A stretch of DNA of 64,000 nucleotides from the sequence record ON184125. One strand, written 5' to 3'. A model generated the notes under the pieces. The model saw only the letters and a list, made by a program, of their open reading frames with translations. It was not told the DNA's origin and did no database searches. Positions 7,523-17,431 of the stretch are shown one piece after another. The DNA comes from Escherichia phage PC3. The number at the start of each line of letters is the position of its first letter. Position 1 is the first letter of the stretch. A program made the translations under genes and the position numbers.

Positions 7523-9031
7523 ATGGCAGACATTCAGATTGTTAAGGTTAACGAAGTCCGCATGCGTTGCATCGCAGATCTTTCTATCAGGGAAGAACTT
7601 AATGACTACTTCAAATTCGAAGACCCGAACTTCGTTCCCAACCCCTTCTCTAAATGGGACGGGGTTGTCCGCCTATTTACCAAGTCATCTGGTCTAATCG
7701 ATATCGGTCTGCTGTTTGAGGTATTTAAGTTCTGTAAGAACAACGGATACACCATTGAACTGGATCCGGCACTGAAGTACATTCAGGACATCCCAGATGA
7801 AGAAATCCGTGAATTCATCGACAGTCTGCATCCAAAGATCCGTACCGAAAATCACGAATATATCGATGCCGAGACTCGTGACTACCAGTACGACACCATC
7901 GCCAAGGCTATGCGTCAAACCAGATGCGTCTGTGAACTGGCTACGAGTGCCGGTAAGTCCTTTATTCTGTATGTCATGGCGCGGTACTACAGGCGGCGCA
8001 GAGAAGCTCTCGAAAGTCCTCTGAAGACGCTTATCGTGGTGCCGTCAATCCACCTAGTCACTCAGCTGTACGACAACTTCGAAGAGTATGCGCATGGCAG
8101 TGATTGGAAGCCCGTTGTTAACACCCAGCTGATTTTTGAGGGCGCGACAAAGGAGATCAGCAAACCAATCGTCATCAGCACATGGCAAGGCATTCAAGAC
8201 CAGCCGAAGGAATGGTTCCACCAGTTCGGTGATATCGTGGTGGATGAAGTGCACACCTCCAAGTCTGAGAAACTGTCTTACATCCTAAACAACTGCATCT
8301 ATGCCGACCAGCGCCTGGGGGTTACAGGTACGCTGGCGAATACCAAAGTTGCCGGGCTTCAGGTGGTGGCTCACTTCGGGGCGTACCATAAGATCATCAC
8401 GGCTCGCGATCTCATCAATCTCGGGTACGCCACTGACATCAAAGTGAAGATGATTCAGCTGAAGCACACTCCGGCGGATGCTGTTGGTCTGGACGGGGAT
8501 TATTCCAAGGAAATAGAATACCTCATTACACACCAGTCCCGCAACGAACTGATCGCCAAGATGGCACTGAATCTGAAAGGAAACGTGGCCATCATGTTCG
8601 AGCGTATTGATGGTCACATGATGGTCGTGTATGATATGCTGAGCGCAGTCAAGCCCAACGTGTTTGTCATCAACGGGGAAGTGAAGATCGAAGACCGCCG
8701 CCGCATACAGAAAGCGATGGAGGATGGAGAGGACATCACCCTGTTGGCATCATACGGGACAATGCAGCAGGGAGTGTCGATCAAGAAGCTACACCACCTT
8801 GTACTGGCACACCCGAGCAAGTCATATATCCGCGTCATACAGACATTGGGTCGTCTGATGCGTCAGCACTCCTCTAAGGACGTCGCGTGGATATGGGACT
8901 TAGTGGATGATGCATCGTACAACGCCAGCACGAACCACACTCTTAGGCACTCTCACGAGCGTTACAAGTTTTACCTGGCAGAGCGCCACCCCGTGGAGTT
9001 CATGAAGGTGGCGCTGGGTAATCACGATTAA
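7523..9031 (+). CDS. uvsW: SF2 DNA helicase, UvsW-like
   Basis: Walker A TSAGKSF, DEVH box, further SF2 motifs; ORF 7430-9031 trimmed to ATG after GGGAG. Confidence 0.6.
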   Translation: MADIQIVKVNEVRMRCIADLSIREELNDYFKFEDPNFVPNPFSKWDGVVRLFTKSSGLIDIGLLFEVFKFCKNNGYTIELDPALKYIQDIPDEEIREFIDSLHPKIRTENHEYIDAETRDYQYDTIAKAMRQTRCVCELATSAGKSFILYVMARYYRRRREALESPLKTLIVVPSIHLVTQLYDNFEEYAHGSDWKPVVNTQLIFEGATKEISKPIVISTWQGIQDQPKEWFHQFGDIVVDEVHTSKSEKLSYILNNCIYADQRLGVTGTLANTKVAGLQVVAHFGAYHKIITARDLINLGYATDIKVKMIQLKHTPADAVGLDGDYSKEIEYLITHQSRNELIAKMALNLKGNVAIMFERIDGHMMVVYDMLSAVKPNVFVINGEVKIEDRRRIQKAMEDGEDITLLASYGTMQQGVSIKKLHHLVLAHPSKSYIRVIQTLGRLMRQHSSKDVAWIWDLVDDASYNASTNHTLRHSHERYKFYLAERHPVEFMKVALGNHD

Positions 9032-9399
9032 TCTTGATTCACATAGGCGGGGGTGGCCTCGCCTTCATCAGCTACTACACCGAACAATTTGTCCAGAGAA
9101 GCCAGACATTGTGCGTTCAGGTGTTCACTGATCGTATCCTTCAGCATTTGTTCGCTGTTCAATTGGAATGGCAGAACCTTCGCTTCGATGCCGTTTTCAA
9201 ACGTCACAACGCCAACATACAGACCAACTTTCAGACCTGTCATCAAGCCAAGGGGGACAAATCGCGGCTCCGATGGTAAGTGCTTGTCTGACGCCAGCTG
9301 TGTCAGATAAACTGGGGTGCCTGTGATAAATTGACCTGTGGTGAGGTTGGCGTCTGGCTTACTACACCCGACTGCGTATAATCCTACGAACTGTTTCAT
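9028..9399 (-). CDS. Hypothetical protein (123 aa)
   Basis: Minus-strand ORF with GAGAG SD-like sequence; convergent with helicase gene. Confidence 0.45.
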   Translation of the reverse strand: MKQFVGLYAVGCSKPDANLTTGQFITGTPVYLTQLASDKHLPSEPRFVPLGLMTGLKVGLYVGVVTFENGIEAKVLPFQLNSEQMLKDTISEHLNAQCLASLDKLFGVVADEGEATPAYVNQD

Positions 9400-9529
9400 A
9401 TATTACTCTCGTGTGTTGGTTAACATGACATACATATTATTTCGCGTGCATGTTTAGACCAAATAAATTATTTTTGCTGTTGAATAAAAACTGCTTTCTT
9501 GTTGAACAATGGCGTGGTATTATACGAGT

Positions 9530-9630
9530 TGTGAGCGAAGCGAACAACGAGTATTTGTTTTATGAGCGAAGCGAATAGGATTAATAAAGATTATTATCTT
9601 TAATAAAGGTTATTATCTTTAATAAAGTCC
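9530..9630. repeat. Intergenic direct repeats (gagcgaagcgaa twice; ttaataaag / ttattatc tandem units)
   Basis: Short direct and tandem repeats in the AT-rich 360-bp gap upstream of gene 45; 20-bp atgagcgaagcgaataggat also occurs inverted near 52140-52159. Confidence 0.4.
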
Positions 9631-9759
9631 ATAAATGCCGAAGGCATTTATTAATAACGCGTAGCGCAATTTGCCACTTGTTCTATAAGCAAAACACAGC
9701 GATACTAGATTGCGTCAAACATGACTTGAACCCCCACTATATTTTGAGGATACATACAA

Positions 9760-10428
9760 ATGCAAGAGATCACTCTCTCCGAACGTACACTTCAGTTGCT
9801 GGCCAACTTTGAGACCATCAACCCATCTATCGTTCTGACACCGGGCAAGATGCTGCGCAGTATTAATGATTCTTCTACTGTGATCGCCGTGGCGCAGATC
9901 GAAGAAGACTTCCCGTTTGAGTTCCCGATTCTGGACCTGACCAAACTTCTGGCCATCCAGCGCCTACCTTCCTTCAAAGGTGCCAAAGCCGAATTCCATC
10001 AGGACTACATCCTGTTGAAAGGCGAAAGCTCTCAGCTGCAATTCTGGCGTTCTGCTAAAGAACTCACGGTTGTCCCGGCTGATACTATTGAACTGCCGTC
10101 TGTCGACTTTGAAGCGATCATCACTCCAGAGAAGATGAAAGAACTGACCCGCGCCTGTTCTACCCTCGGACACAAGACTGTGCGCCTGGTTGCTCAGGGT
10201 GGCAAAACTCGCCTGGTTGCAACCACCACTACCCTGGACAACTCCAACAACTACACTGTTGAGCTGGGCGAAACCGCGCTGCCGGACTTCGTAATGCCAC
10301 TGGATGTTGCCAACCTGAAAATGATCGAAGGCAACTACACTCTGCGTGCATGTGCTGATCTACAAATGGTGAACTTCCAATCATCCGACGCGACGATCAA
10401 TTACTTCGTCGGCGCGCAGATTGAGTAA
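9760..10428 (+). CDS. 45: Sliding clamp (gp45-like)
   Basis: 222 aa; similar to T4 gp45 along its length (N-terminal LLANFETINPSIVL..., C-terminal KMIEGNYTL...); followed by clamp-loader genes. Confidence 0.85.
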   Translation: MQEITLSERTLQLLANFETINPSIVLTPGKMLRSINDSSTVIAVAQIEEDFPFEFPILDLTKLLAIQRLPSFKGAKAEFHQDYILLKGESSQLQFWRSAKELTVVPADTIELPSVDFEAIITPEKMKELTRACSTLGHKTVRLVAQGGKTRLVATTTTLDNSNNYTVELGETALPDFVMPLDVANLKMIEGNYTLRACADLQMVNFQSSDATINYFVGAQIE

Positions 10429-10509
10429 TCAATCTCCAGCCTGATGCTATAATGTGTGGGCGGGGGAGTTCCCCGCCTATTTGAAATGATTCTTCTACAC
10501 GAGGCTGAA

Positions 10510-11166
10510 ATGAGGAACCAACCGTTTGTATATCATTTGTTAGGGAAGGATGGTTCTTTCTATTTTGGTTCTAGAACGAAATTGGGTGCACATCCTTTAC
10601 AATTGTTCACTTCATATTTCACTTCTTCACAAACAGTCAAGGAAATCATATCTAAGAAAGGTTCTGATTTCTTTGATGTAGAATTCGTAGAACTGTTTGA
10701 CTCCCCAGAAGAAGCATATTGGAGAGAGCAGCAGTTGATTAGTGAGAACATTGATCACCCAAAATGTTTAAACAAATCATTTCAGCCACTGGGTTGTGGT
10801 ATCGCCAACGGTAGGTCAGCGGGACCCAAACATCACCGAGTTGGTGTCTCGAGTTGGTTGAAGGGTAAGTCTGGGAATCTTCATCCCATGCACGGAAGAA
10901 CTGGTAAAAGTCACCCCGCCGCAGGAATAAAACCTTGGGACACCGGGGCTGCGCTGCTACACAACACCAGACCGATGTGGTTAAAGGCTGGGGTAGTGTA
11001 TGATCACTGGGTTTCTACTGGTGATGGGTGCCATAGAATTGCCCGTTTGTTCTCTATCAAAGAGAACACCGTAACGAGTATGTTAAACAAATTCAAAGAG
11101 GGCTGGAACCCGTATGATGACGACGCTTGGGTTCTGTTCTGTAAACTATATCATGGAAATACATAA
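10510..11166 (+). CDS. GIY-YIG homing endonuclease (Seg-like) with NUMOD-like C-terminal motifs
   Basis: FVYHLLGKDGSFYFGSRT ... EAYWREQQLISENI match GIY / YIG / conserved Arg, Glu, Asn; locally AT-rich; inserted between genes 45 and 44. Confidence 0.6.
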   Translation: MRNQPFVYHLLGKDGSFYFGSRTKLGAHPLQLFTSYFTSSQTVKEIISKKGSDFFDVEFVELFDSPEEAYWREQQLISENIDHPKCLNKSFQPLGCGIANGRSAGPKHHRVGVSSWLKGKSGNLHPMHGRTGKSHPAAGIKPWDTGAALLHNTRPMWLKAGVVYDHWVSTGDGCHRIARLFSIKENTVTSMLNKFKEGWNPYDDDAWVLFCKLYHGNT

Positions 11167-12155
11167 TGTCTAATATCACGATTGTAAAAGACCAGTACGC
11201 CTGGGAGAACCGTTTCCGCCCTGACAACCTGGACGAGATTATCATCCCTCAAGACGTCCGCGCTAAAATCCATGGCTACATCACCAGCGGTAACGGCAAC
11301 ATCCCGTCTATGCTGTTTTACTCCCCTCAGCCTGGTACTGGCAAGACCACTTCTGCTTTGGCCGTGTGTAATGAAATCGGTTGTAAGCAACCACTGATGA
11401 TCAACGCATCCCTGGACAACAGCATCGACGTTATCCGTGACCGCGTGATTCAGTATTCTACTGGTGTGAGCGTATTCGGTGGCCGCAAAGTCGTTATCCT
11501 CGACGAAGTAGAGCGTCTGTCTATGGCGGCACAGGAGTCGCTGAAGGGTATTGTGGAGAAGGTCTCCAAGAACTGTTCATTCATCTTGACCACCAACGCC
11601 AAGCAACGTGTGAACGAACCTCTGCGCTCTCGTTGCCGTGAAATCGACTTTATCTGGAATGAGGCTGAGGCTGATGAGGTAAAACTTCAGTTCATGCGCC
11701 GCTGTGCTGAAATCCTTCGCAGCGAAGGTGTTGAGTATGACCCTCCTGTGTTGGCTGCTATTGTCAAGCGCCATTTCCCTGATAACCGCCGCATCATGGG
11801 TGTTCTACAGGATAACGTCACCACTTACGGCAAGATCGACGAACGTGCACTGGCTGTGTTAAAATCGGCCGATATGGGCATGTTGGTGAATATGTTGAAG
11901 GATAATGACTGGGCTGGGATGAAGCAGTGGGTGACCGACAACCAGAACTATATCACTGAAGACTTCTATTCCCGCTTCTTCCAGTTCTGTGTACCACAGG
12001 ATAAAGAGAAGCAAATGTTGGTTCAGAATGAGTCTATCCCTGATCTGGTGTGCGTATGTGGTCAGTCTCAGATTGAACACCGTCAAGTCGGCGATGTCTG
12101 GCTGCATGCTGTGTTTTTCCTGACCAATGTCATGCTCAACATCAAGTGGAAGTGA
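11166..12155 (+). CDS. 44: Clamp loader large subunit (gp44-like, AAA+)
   Basis: Walker A SPQPGTGKTT, DEVE box, SRC motif; collinear with T4 gp44 to the C-terminal ...KWK. Confidence 0.9.
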   Translation: MSNITIVKDQYAWENRFRPDNLDEIIIPQDVRAKIHGYITSGNGNIPSMLFYSPQPGTGKTTSALAVCNEIGCKQPLMINASLDNSIDVIRDRVIQYSTGVSVFGGRKVVILDEVERLSMAAQESLKGIVEKVSKNCSFILTTNAKQRVNEPLRSRCREIDFIWNEAEADEVKLQFMRRCAEILRSEGVEYDPPVLAAIVKRHFPDNRRIMGVLQDNVTTYGKIDERALAVLKSADMGMLVNMLKDNDWAGMKQWVTDNQNYITEDFYSRFFQFCVPQDKEKQMLVQNESIPDLVCVCGQSQIEHRQVGDVWLHAVFFLTNVMLNIKWK

Positions 12156-12159
12156 TATT

Positions 12160-12582
12160 ATGGCCGCCCTTGGATTGTTCGATTACCTGGCTGCTCTGAA
12201 CAGCAGCAAAGAAAACCTTTTGCGGTCTGATGACCCAGAAGTGTTGAAAGGATTCGACCCGTTTATGACGCGGCGTGGTTTAGCTCAGAGCAAAGACACT
12301 CTAGTGGCTGCACAACAGATGAATAAGCTACATGCTGTCACTCCATGGATGCAATGGTCATATGCCTTTTACACCATTCCGGCTCGGAAACGCTACGACA
12401 AATGGTCTAAGAAAGGTCCGATTGATCCTGACGTGAAGTTACTCTCCCAGTACTTCTACATCAGCATGGAGAAGGCATCGGAGTACGTCCGTTTCTTGCC
12501 GAAGGAAGTCCTGGCCGAAATACGCGAGAAGATGAGACGCACTGAGCTGAACGCCAAAGCGAAACCGCGCAAGGCTAAGTAG
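12160..12582 (+). CDS. 62: Clamp loader small subunit (gp62-like)
   Basis: ORF 12127-12582 trimmed to ATG just after gene 44 stop; RKRYDKWSKK resembles T4 gp62 RGKRYGKWAK; position conserved. Confidence 0.65.
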   Translation: MAALGLFDYLAALNSSKENLLRSDDPEVLKGFDPFMTRRGLAQSKDTLVAAQQMNKLHAVTPWMQWSYAFYTIPARKRYDKWSKKGPIDPDVKLLSQYFYISMEKASEYVRFLPKEVLAEIREKMRRTELNAKAKPRKAK

Positions 12583-12680
12583 TTCAAACTATTGTAAAAG
12601 GGGAATGAGTCATGGCGCGTAATACGCTAGACATATTGAATATTTCAGCAGTCAACGATGAGGCCAGCATCGTTGATTGT

Positions 12681-13076
12681 ATGGTTGAAGTTCAATTGAA
12701 CCAAGATCGGCCAGGTATATTCCTGGGGATCAAGGAAACACTGAGTCGAATTGGGGTAAACACGCGCCAAGAGCCGAATACTCTGTATCAGACTTGCCAT
12801 ATTCTTCATAAGTGTGGCAAGTATTATATCGTCCACTTTAAGCATCTATTTATGCTGGACGGGCATTACAACGGATTTAACCGCGAAGATGTCCTGAGGA
12901 TGAACCGAATCATCAAGCTGCTGGAGCAGTGGAACATGGTGAAGGTCATTCATCCTGAGCAGGTCACCGAAGCAGCCGATATGTCTCGCATTAAAGTGGT
13001 TAAACACGATCAGGTTCCTGAATGGAAACTGGTTCCAAAATACATCATCCGGCCTACGAAGGCAAAAAGCGAATAA
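12681..13076 (+). CDS. regA: Translational repressor RegA
   Basis: YQTCHILHKCGKYYIVHFK ... EWKLVPKYIIRP closely matches T4 RegA; start chosen by alignment, the upstream ATG at 12612 is an alternative. Confidence 0.7.
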   Translation: MVEVQLNQDRPGIFLGIKETLSRIGVNTRQEPNTLYQTCHILHKCGKYYIVHFKHLFMLDGHYNGFNREDVLRMNRIIKLLEQWNMVKVIHPEQVTEAADMSRIKVVKHDQVPEWKLVPKYIIRPTKAKSE

Positions 13077-13092
13077 CTGGAGTCGCTAAATC

Positions 13093-13965
13093 ATGACAAC
13101 TACATTTTCCAAGAACGTGAATCTGAATCTGGCTTTCGGTAATGCAAAGGGCGACGTCACATCGCCCGACTTTGGTAAGATCCGCAATCAGGCGAAACTG
13201 GTGCTGGAAGAAACCCGTGAACTGCTGGAAGCGGCGTATTTCGACCACGAGGTGAAAATTGAGTTCACTGCATCTCCGCGAGTCCTGAAAGAACCCGTTG
13301 TTGTCGACATCAAAGACATTATGCGCCAGATCATGGATGCCCAGGGTGACATCACAACAGTCAACGACGGCGTGGCTCATATTGCTGGTTTCGACGGTGA
13401 CGAATGCCTACAGCGCGTGTATGCCTCTAACATGAGCAAGTTCATCCGTAATGAAGGTGAAGTTGTGCCAGCACTGGATTACTACTACAACAAAGGATTC
13501 CCACGCGAAAGTCTGCGCATCGAAGGGGAATTCCCTCAGGCGTGCATCAAAGTGGTAGACACCATCACCGTCGACGGCAAAGAGTACCCGGCTGGCAAGT
13601 TCCTGAAGAACATGGCAACCTTCAAAGAGCCGGACTTCTCTGATATGTTGACCGCCGAGCCTAAGCGCCAGATCACTGAAATCATTCTGACGGGTACGGC
13701 CATTCCAGGCCAGCTCGGTTCTAACGAACACGCTGGTGTTGCCTTCGCTCCGTTCGATTTTATTGACGAGATCATGGGATACACCAAGATGGGCTTCCAG
13801 GCGTTCTCTGGCGAAACAGTCGAGAGCTACATTCCCGTGTTTGTTTTCAATGAAGACAACTTCCCAACTCTACCGTTGATCTGGGGTGAATGGAAAGCCA
13901 ACGTCCGTATCTATGTGGCCAGCCCAGTGCAATCATCTATCACCCAACTGACCCGTATCGATTAA
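13093..13965 (+). CDS. Hypothetical protein (290 aa); weak MazG-like helical motif at N-terminus
   Basis: ORF with GGAG SD; LEETRELLEAAYF ... DIMRQIMDAQGD is a weak, unverified resemblance. Confidence 0.45.
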   Translation: MTTTFSKNVNLNLAFGNAKGDVTSPDFGKIRNQAKLVLEETRELLEAAYFDHEVKIEFTASPRVLKEPVVVDIKDIMRQIMDAQGDITTVNDGVAHIAGFDGDECLQRVYASNMSKFIRNEGEVVPALDYYYNKGFPRESLRIEGEFPQACIKVVDTITVDGKEYPAGKFLKNMATFKEPDFSDMLTAEPKRQITEIILTGTAIPGQLGSNEHAGVAFAPFDFIDEIMGYTKMGFQAFSGETVESYIPVFVFNEDNFPTLPLIWGEWKANVRIYVASPVQSSITQLTRID

Positions 13966-13987
13966 GATATACAGTTATTCACTAAAC

Positions 13988-14016
13988 AACAGAGGCTATA
14001 ATGGCCTCTGTTTTCG
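13988..14016 (+). terminator. Rho-independent terminator
   Basis: acagaggc-tataat-ggcctctg stem-loop followed by TTTTCG. Confidence 0.7.
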
Positions 14017-14033
14017 TATTCTAAGAGGATACC

Positions 14034-15254
14034 ATGAAAGATAAAGCCCTGGACGTCCCGTACTGCGGTGTCCGTGAAGAAAAGATAAAGTCGGCCAAAC
14101 CGGTTCTCAGTCCGACCCATACCAGCCTGTCTTACGAATGGATGCGCGATCGTTATCAGATCCACGTCAAGAAGGACGTCCAGCGCCTTCCTGCTCCTTG
14201 GACTGATAATCCCATATTACGGCAGGTCAAGTTCTGTAACGTCCGGAGAGAGCACGACAGGCAGTCTCTCAACCTGATCAACAACATCGTCAACAACGAT
14301 GCTCTGGGTATGGCCGACAAGATGTTCAACTGCGTGATGTTTCGCATGTTCAACCTCTGGGATCCAATCCAGGCTATCGGCGGCGCGATGACGATCAAAG
14401 AATTCGCCGAGATCAACCTCGATGCAACCCGCGAACGACTTCAGAAGTTCGAGGCCGACGGCGGTAAGGTATTCACCAATGCCTTCAACACGGGCGGCCT
14501 GAAGCAATGCCTGGCTTTCCCTGAGATGGTTGTCAACCACAAGGAGCAGCGCTTCGGTGGGATGATGGTGAATCTGATCTGTAAAGATGGTTCAACCCAG
14601 AACATGGATTATAAAGAAGCCAAGGCGATAGCCGAAGCAGAACCGGACTTCTACACCATCGAAGGTTGGGAACCGTACATGCCAATGCGTGTCATCCGCT
14701 CCCTGAAGGCATTCGTCAACAAGTATCCAAATTATTTCCATGACCTGCTGCGCCTTGGTACTCCTTTGGAAGTATACCAGCGCATGTACGACGACATCGA
14801 AGGGCTTGGTCCATTCCTGGCCTATCAGATCTGGGTAGACTTCACTTACATTCCTGAATATCCTTTCAGTGAGAACCACTTCACGGTTGCTGGACCAGGC
14901 TGTCGCGCAGGGATCGACCTGATGTTCCAGGACAAAGATGGCATGACGCATGAAGAATGCATCTTCTGGTTGCGGGACAATCAGGACGCGGTTTATGGCC
15001 CTCTTGGGTATAACAGGGAAGAATTTTGGTCTGCGGAAGAGCCTTGGGATCGCCATTTAAATATAATGGCAGGAGAAAATATGTTTTGTGAACTTCAGAA
15101 ATATACCCGTTGTGTAGAGGCCATACAGCAAGGTAAAAAGCCGCGCGGGAAGGTTGGATATGACGGCGGTGGGGAATACAAAAAGCGCTGTGATGAAGTC
15201 GTGCTCAAACGTGGTTCCGTCAATTTGCTGGACCGTTTGAAGAAACCTGAATAA
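14034..15254 (+). CDS. Hypothetical protein (406 aa)
   Basis: Well-formed ORF with AGAGGA SD; no motif I can assign. Confidence 0.5.
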   Translation: MKDKALDVPYCGVREEKIKSAKPVLSPTHTSLSYEWMRDRYQIHVKKDVQRLPAPWTDNPILRQVKFCNVRREHDRQSLNLINNIVNNDALGMADKMFNCVMFRMFNLWDPIQAIGGAMTIKEFAEINLDATRERLQKFEADGGKVFTNAFNTGGLKQCLAFPEMVVNHKEQRFGGMMVNLICKDGSTQNMDYKEAKAIAEAEPDFYTIEGWEPYMPMRVIRSLKAFVNKYPNYFHDLLRLGTPLEVYQRMYDDIEGLGPFLAYQIWVDFTYIPEYPFSENHFTVAGPGCRAGIDLMFQDKDGMTHEECIFWLRDNQDAVYGPLGYNREEFWSAEEPWDRHLNIMAGENMFCELQKYTRCVEAIQQGKKPRGKVGYDGGGEYKKRCDEVVLKRGSVNLLDRLKKPE

Positions 15255-15368
15255 AGATTCCCTTTACTTCGTTCTTCAATAACTCAATCCAGCGTATATT
15301 GACCTCACTTAAACGAAGCGCCCTGGCAAACGGGGCGCACATTTGAACTGAAACAGGAAGATTACATC

Positions 15369-17387
15369 ATGTCAGATTTTAAGCCCTTCGCAGTAGCTGT
15401 CAACAATAACGTGCTGGCCATGTCAGCAACTGGTCTGTTCATGACCAACATCGATAAAGATGCTCTGTGGGATCTGTATCTGTCTTCTTTCCCTGCTGGC
15501 ACTAACCCGCTTTATCGTGAGCGTACCGAGCACGACTGCACCTGCTGTAAACAATTCATCCGTAACATCGGCGGTGTGGTCACCATCGACTCCGACCTGA
15601 ACGTGATCTCTATCTGGGATAACATTCAGCTGGGTAACGAATACGACGTTGTCGCTGCGGCGCTGTCAGCATATGTTAAGCAGCACGCAATCGTCGACGT
15701 GTACTTCAACGACACCAAGAAAGTTGGTGTTGAGTCGAATCACGAAATGAAAGACGGTATTGTCCGCACCTACAACCACTTCCACACCGACCTGCTGGGT
15801 AGCTATGTTCTGCGGGCAGATACCATCGCTTCTAAGAAGGGTGAAATCCGCCAGGCGATTGAAGTGTTTGAGCGCGGCCTGCGTGAACTGTCTCTGGAAT
15901 CGGCTGAAATCGTTCTTGAATTGATTGACCAGAATTCTCTGTATCGCGGTGAAGAGCACAAAGCGGCAGTGCAGGCGTTCGTGGTGAACAAGACCCTGTA
16001 CGAACAAACTGCAGAAGAGAAACGCGCTCTGTGGGCTTGGCGCACTGGCTACCGTGCAAACGGTCATACCCCTCACGGCATTCGTAATACCGTGATTGGC
16101 TCTCTGCTGGTAGACCTCAATGAAGGTCGGGATCTGGAAACCGCCGTGAAGTCCTTTGAAGCCAAAGTCGCTCCGACGAACTACAAGCGCCCAACCGCGC
16201 TGGTCACGAAGTCGATGATTGAAAACGCGCAGAAAGAAGTCGAAGCACTGGGTCTGACTGATTCACTGGGTCGCCGTTATGCCGTGTATGACGATCTGAC
16301 CATCAACAACGTTCTGTTCGCCGACCTAGCAGCTCAGAAGAAGATGGACCCGTTTGCTCAGCTGGCGTCTGAAGTGAAGACTCCGACCAAGTCCCTGGAC
16401 AAGGTTGAAGAGATCACGATCGACGACTTCCTGACCAACGTGTTGCCAAAGGCGCATTCCCTGGAAGTGCTGGTCGAAAACTCTCACATTGGCAACCTGA
16501 TGTCCCTGATCGCTCCGGCCACCGCAGGCGCTCCTAACCTGTTCAAGTGGAACAACGGCTTCAGCTGGTCGTACAATGGCGAAGTGGCCGACTCCATCAA
16601 AGAGCGCGTGAAGACCGCAGGCGGCAATGTCGACAGCTTCCTCCGTGTGTCACTGGCTTGGCATAACAACGACGACCTGGATCTGAGCCTGAACGATCCT
16701 CTTCACAACCACGTGTATTATCACAACCGTCGTTCGACAACTGGCGCAACTCTAGACATCGACATGAACGGTATGGACGGCATTGATCCAAACCGCCGTC
16801 CGGTGGAGAACATCTTCTTCAGCGATGAACGCAAGCTGCGTGATGGTCTGTACGAGTTCTATGTCACTAACTTCAGCCAGCGTGAAACCTGTGATATGGG
16901 ATTCGAAATCGAAGTTGAATACAAAGGCCAGACCAAGCGTTTTTCGCATCCTGGCCTGAAGCACAAAGATCGCACTCTGGCTGTTGTGATTGATGTCCGC
17001 GCTGGACAAGTGGTAGACATCCGTTCTACCCTGAAAGACGACGCTCGCTCTCAGGAAATCTGGGGCATCAAGACCTCCGTCTTCCAGAAGGTACAGCTGG
17101 TTCTGAACTCACCAAACCATTGGGACGGCGAGCAGACTGGCAACAAGCACGTGTTCTTCATCCTGGAAGGTTGTGTTAACCCTGTCGGCACCCGTGGTTT
17201 CTATAACGAATATCTGAAGCCGGAACTTGATAAACACCGCAAGGTTTTTGAAATGTTAGGCAGTAAGATTAAAGTACAGCCAAGCACTGAGCAGCTGTCC
17301 GGTCTGGGCTTCTCTACCACCCAACGCAACCACGTGTTCGTGAAGGTGAGCGGTTCTTTCAACCGCACTGTGAAAGTTGTGTTCTAA
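15369..17387 (+). CDS. Hypothetical large protein (672 aa)
   Basis: Long ORF with AGGAAG + attacatcATG context; no motif I can assign. Confidence 0.55.
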   Translation: MSDFKPFAVAVNNNVLAMSATGLFMTNIDKDALWDLYLSSFPAGTNPLYRERTEHDCTCCKQFIRNIGGVVTIDSDLNVISIWDNIQLGNEYDVVAAALSAYVKQHAIVDVYFNDTKKVGVESNHEMKDGIVRTYNHFHTDLLGSYVLRADTIASKKGEIRQAIEVFERGLRELSLESAEIVLELIDQNSLYRGEEHKAAVQAFVVNKTLYEQTAEEKRALWAWRTGYRANGHTPHGIRNTVIGSLLVDLNEGRDLETAVKSFEAKVAPTNYKRPTALVTKSMIENAQKEVEALGLTDSLGRRYAVYDDLTINNVLFADLAAQKKMDPFAQLASEVKTPTKSLDKVEEITIDDFLTNVLPKAHSLEVLVENSHIGNLMSLIAPATAGAPNLFKWNNGFSWSYNGEVADSIKERVKTAGGNVDSFLRVSLAWHNNDDLDLSLNDPLHNHVYYHNRRSTTGATLDIDMNGMDGIDPNRRPVENIFFSDERKLRDGLYEFYVTNFSQRETCDMGFEIEVEYKGQTKRFSHPGLKHKDRTLAVVIDVRAGQVVDIRSTLKDDARSQEIWGIKTSVFQKVQLVLNSPNHWDGEQTGNKHVFFILEGCVNPVGTRGFYNEYLKPELDKHRKVFEMLGSKIKVQPSTEQLSGLGFSTTQRNHVFVKVSGSFNRTVKVVF

Positions 17388-17431
17388 ACCTGATTTGAAA
17401 TTGTAACCCATTCATCATTGAGGATAGTAAA

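Noticed and set aside
12612-12680. Upstream ATG as RegA start
   Set aside because: T4 RegA alignment begins at the downstream Met (MVEVQL...); the upstream extension has no counterpart. It remains a possible alternative start
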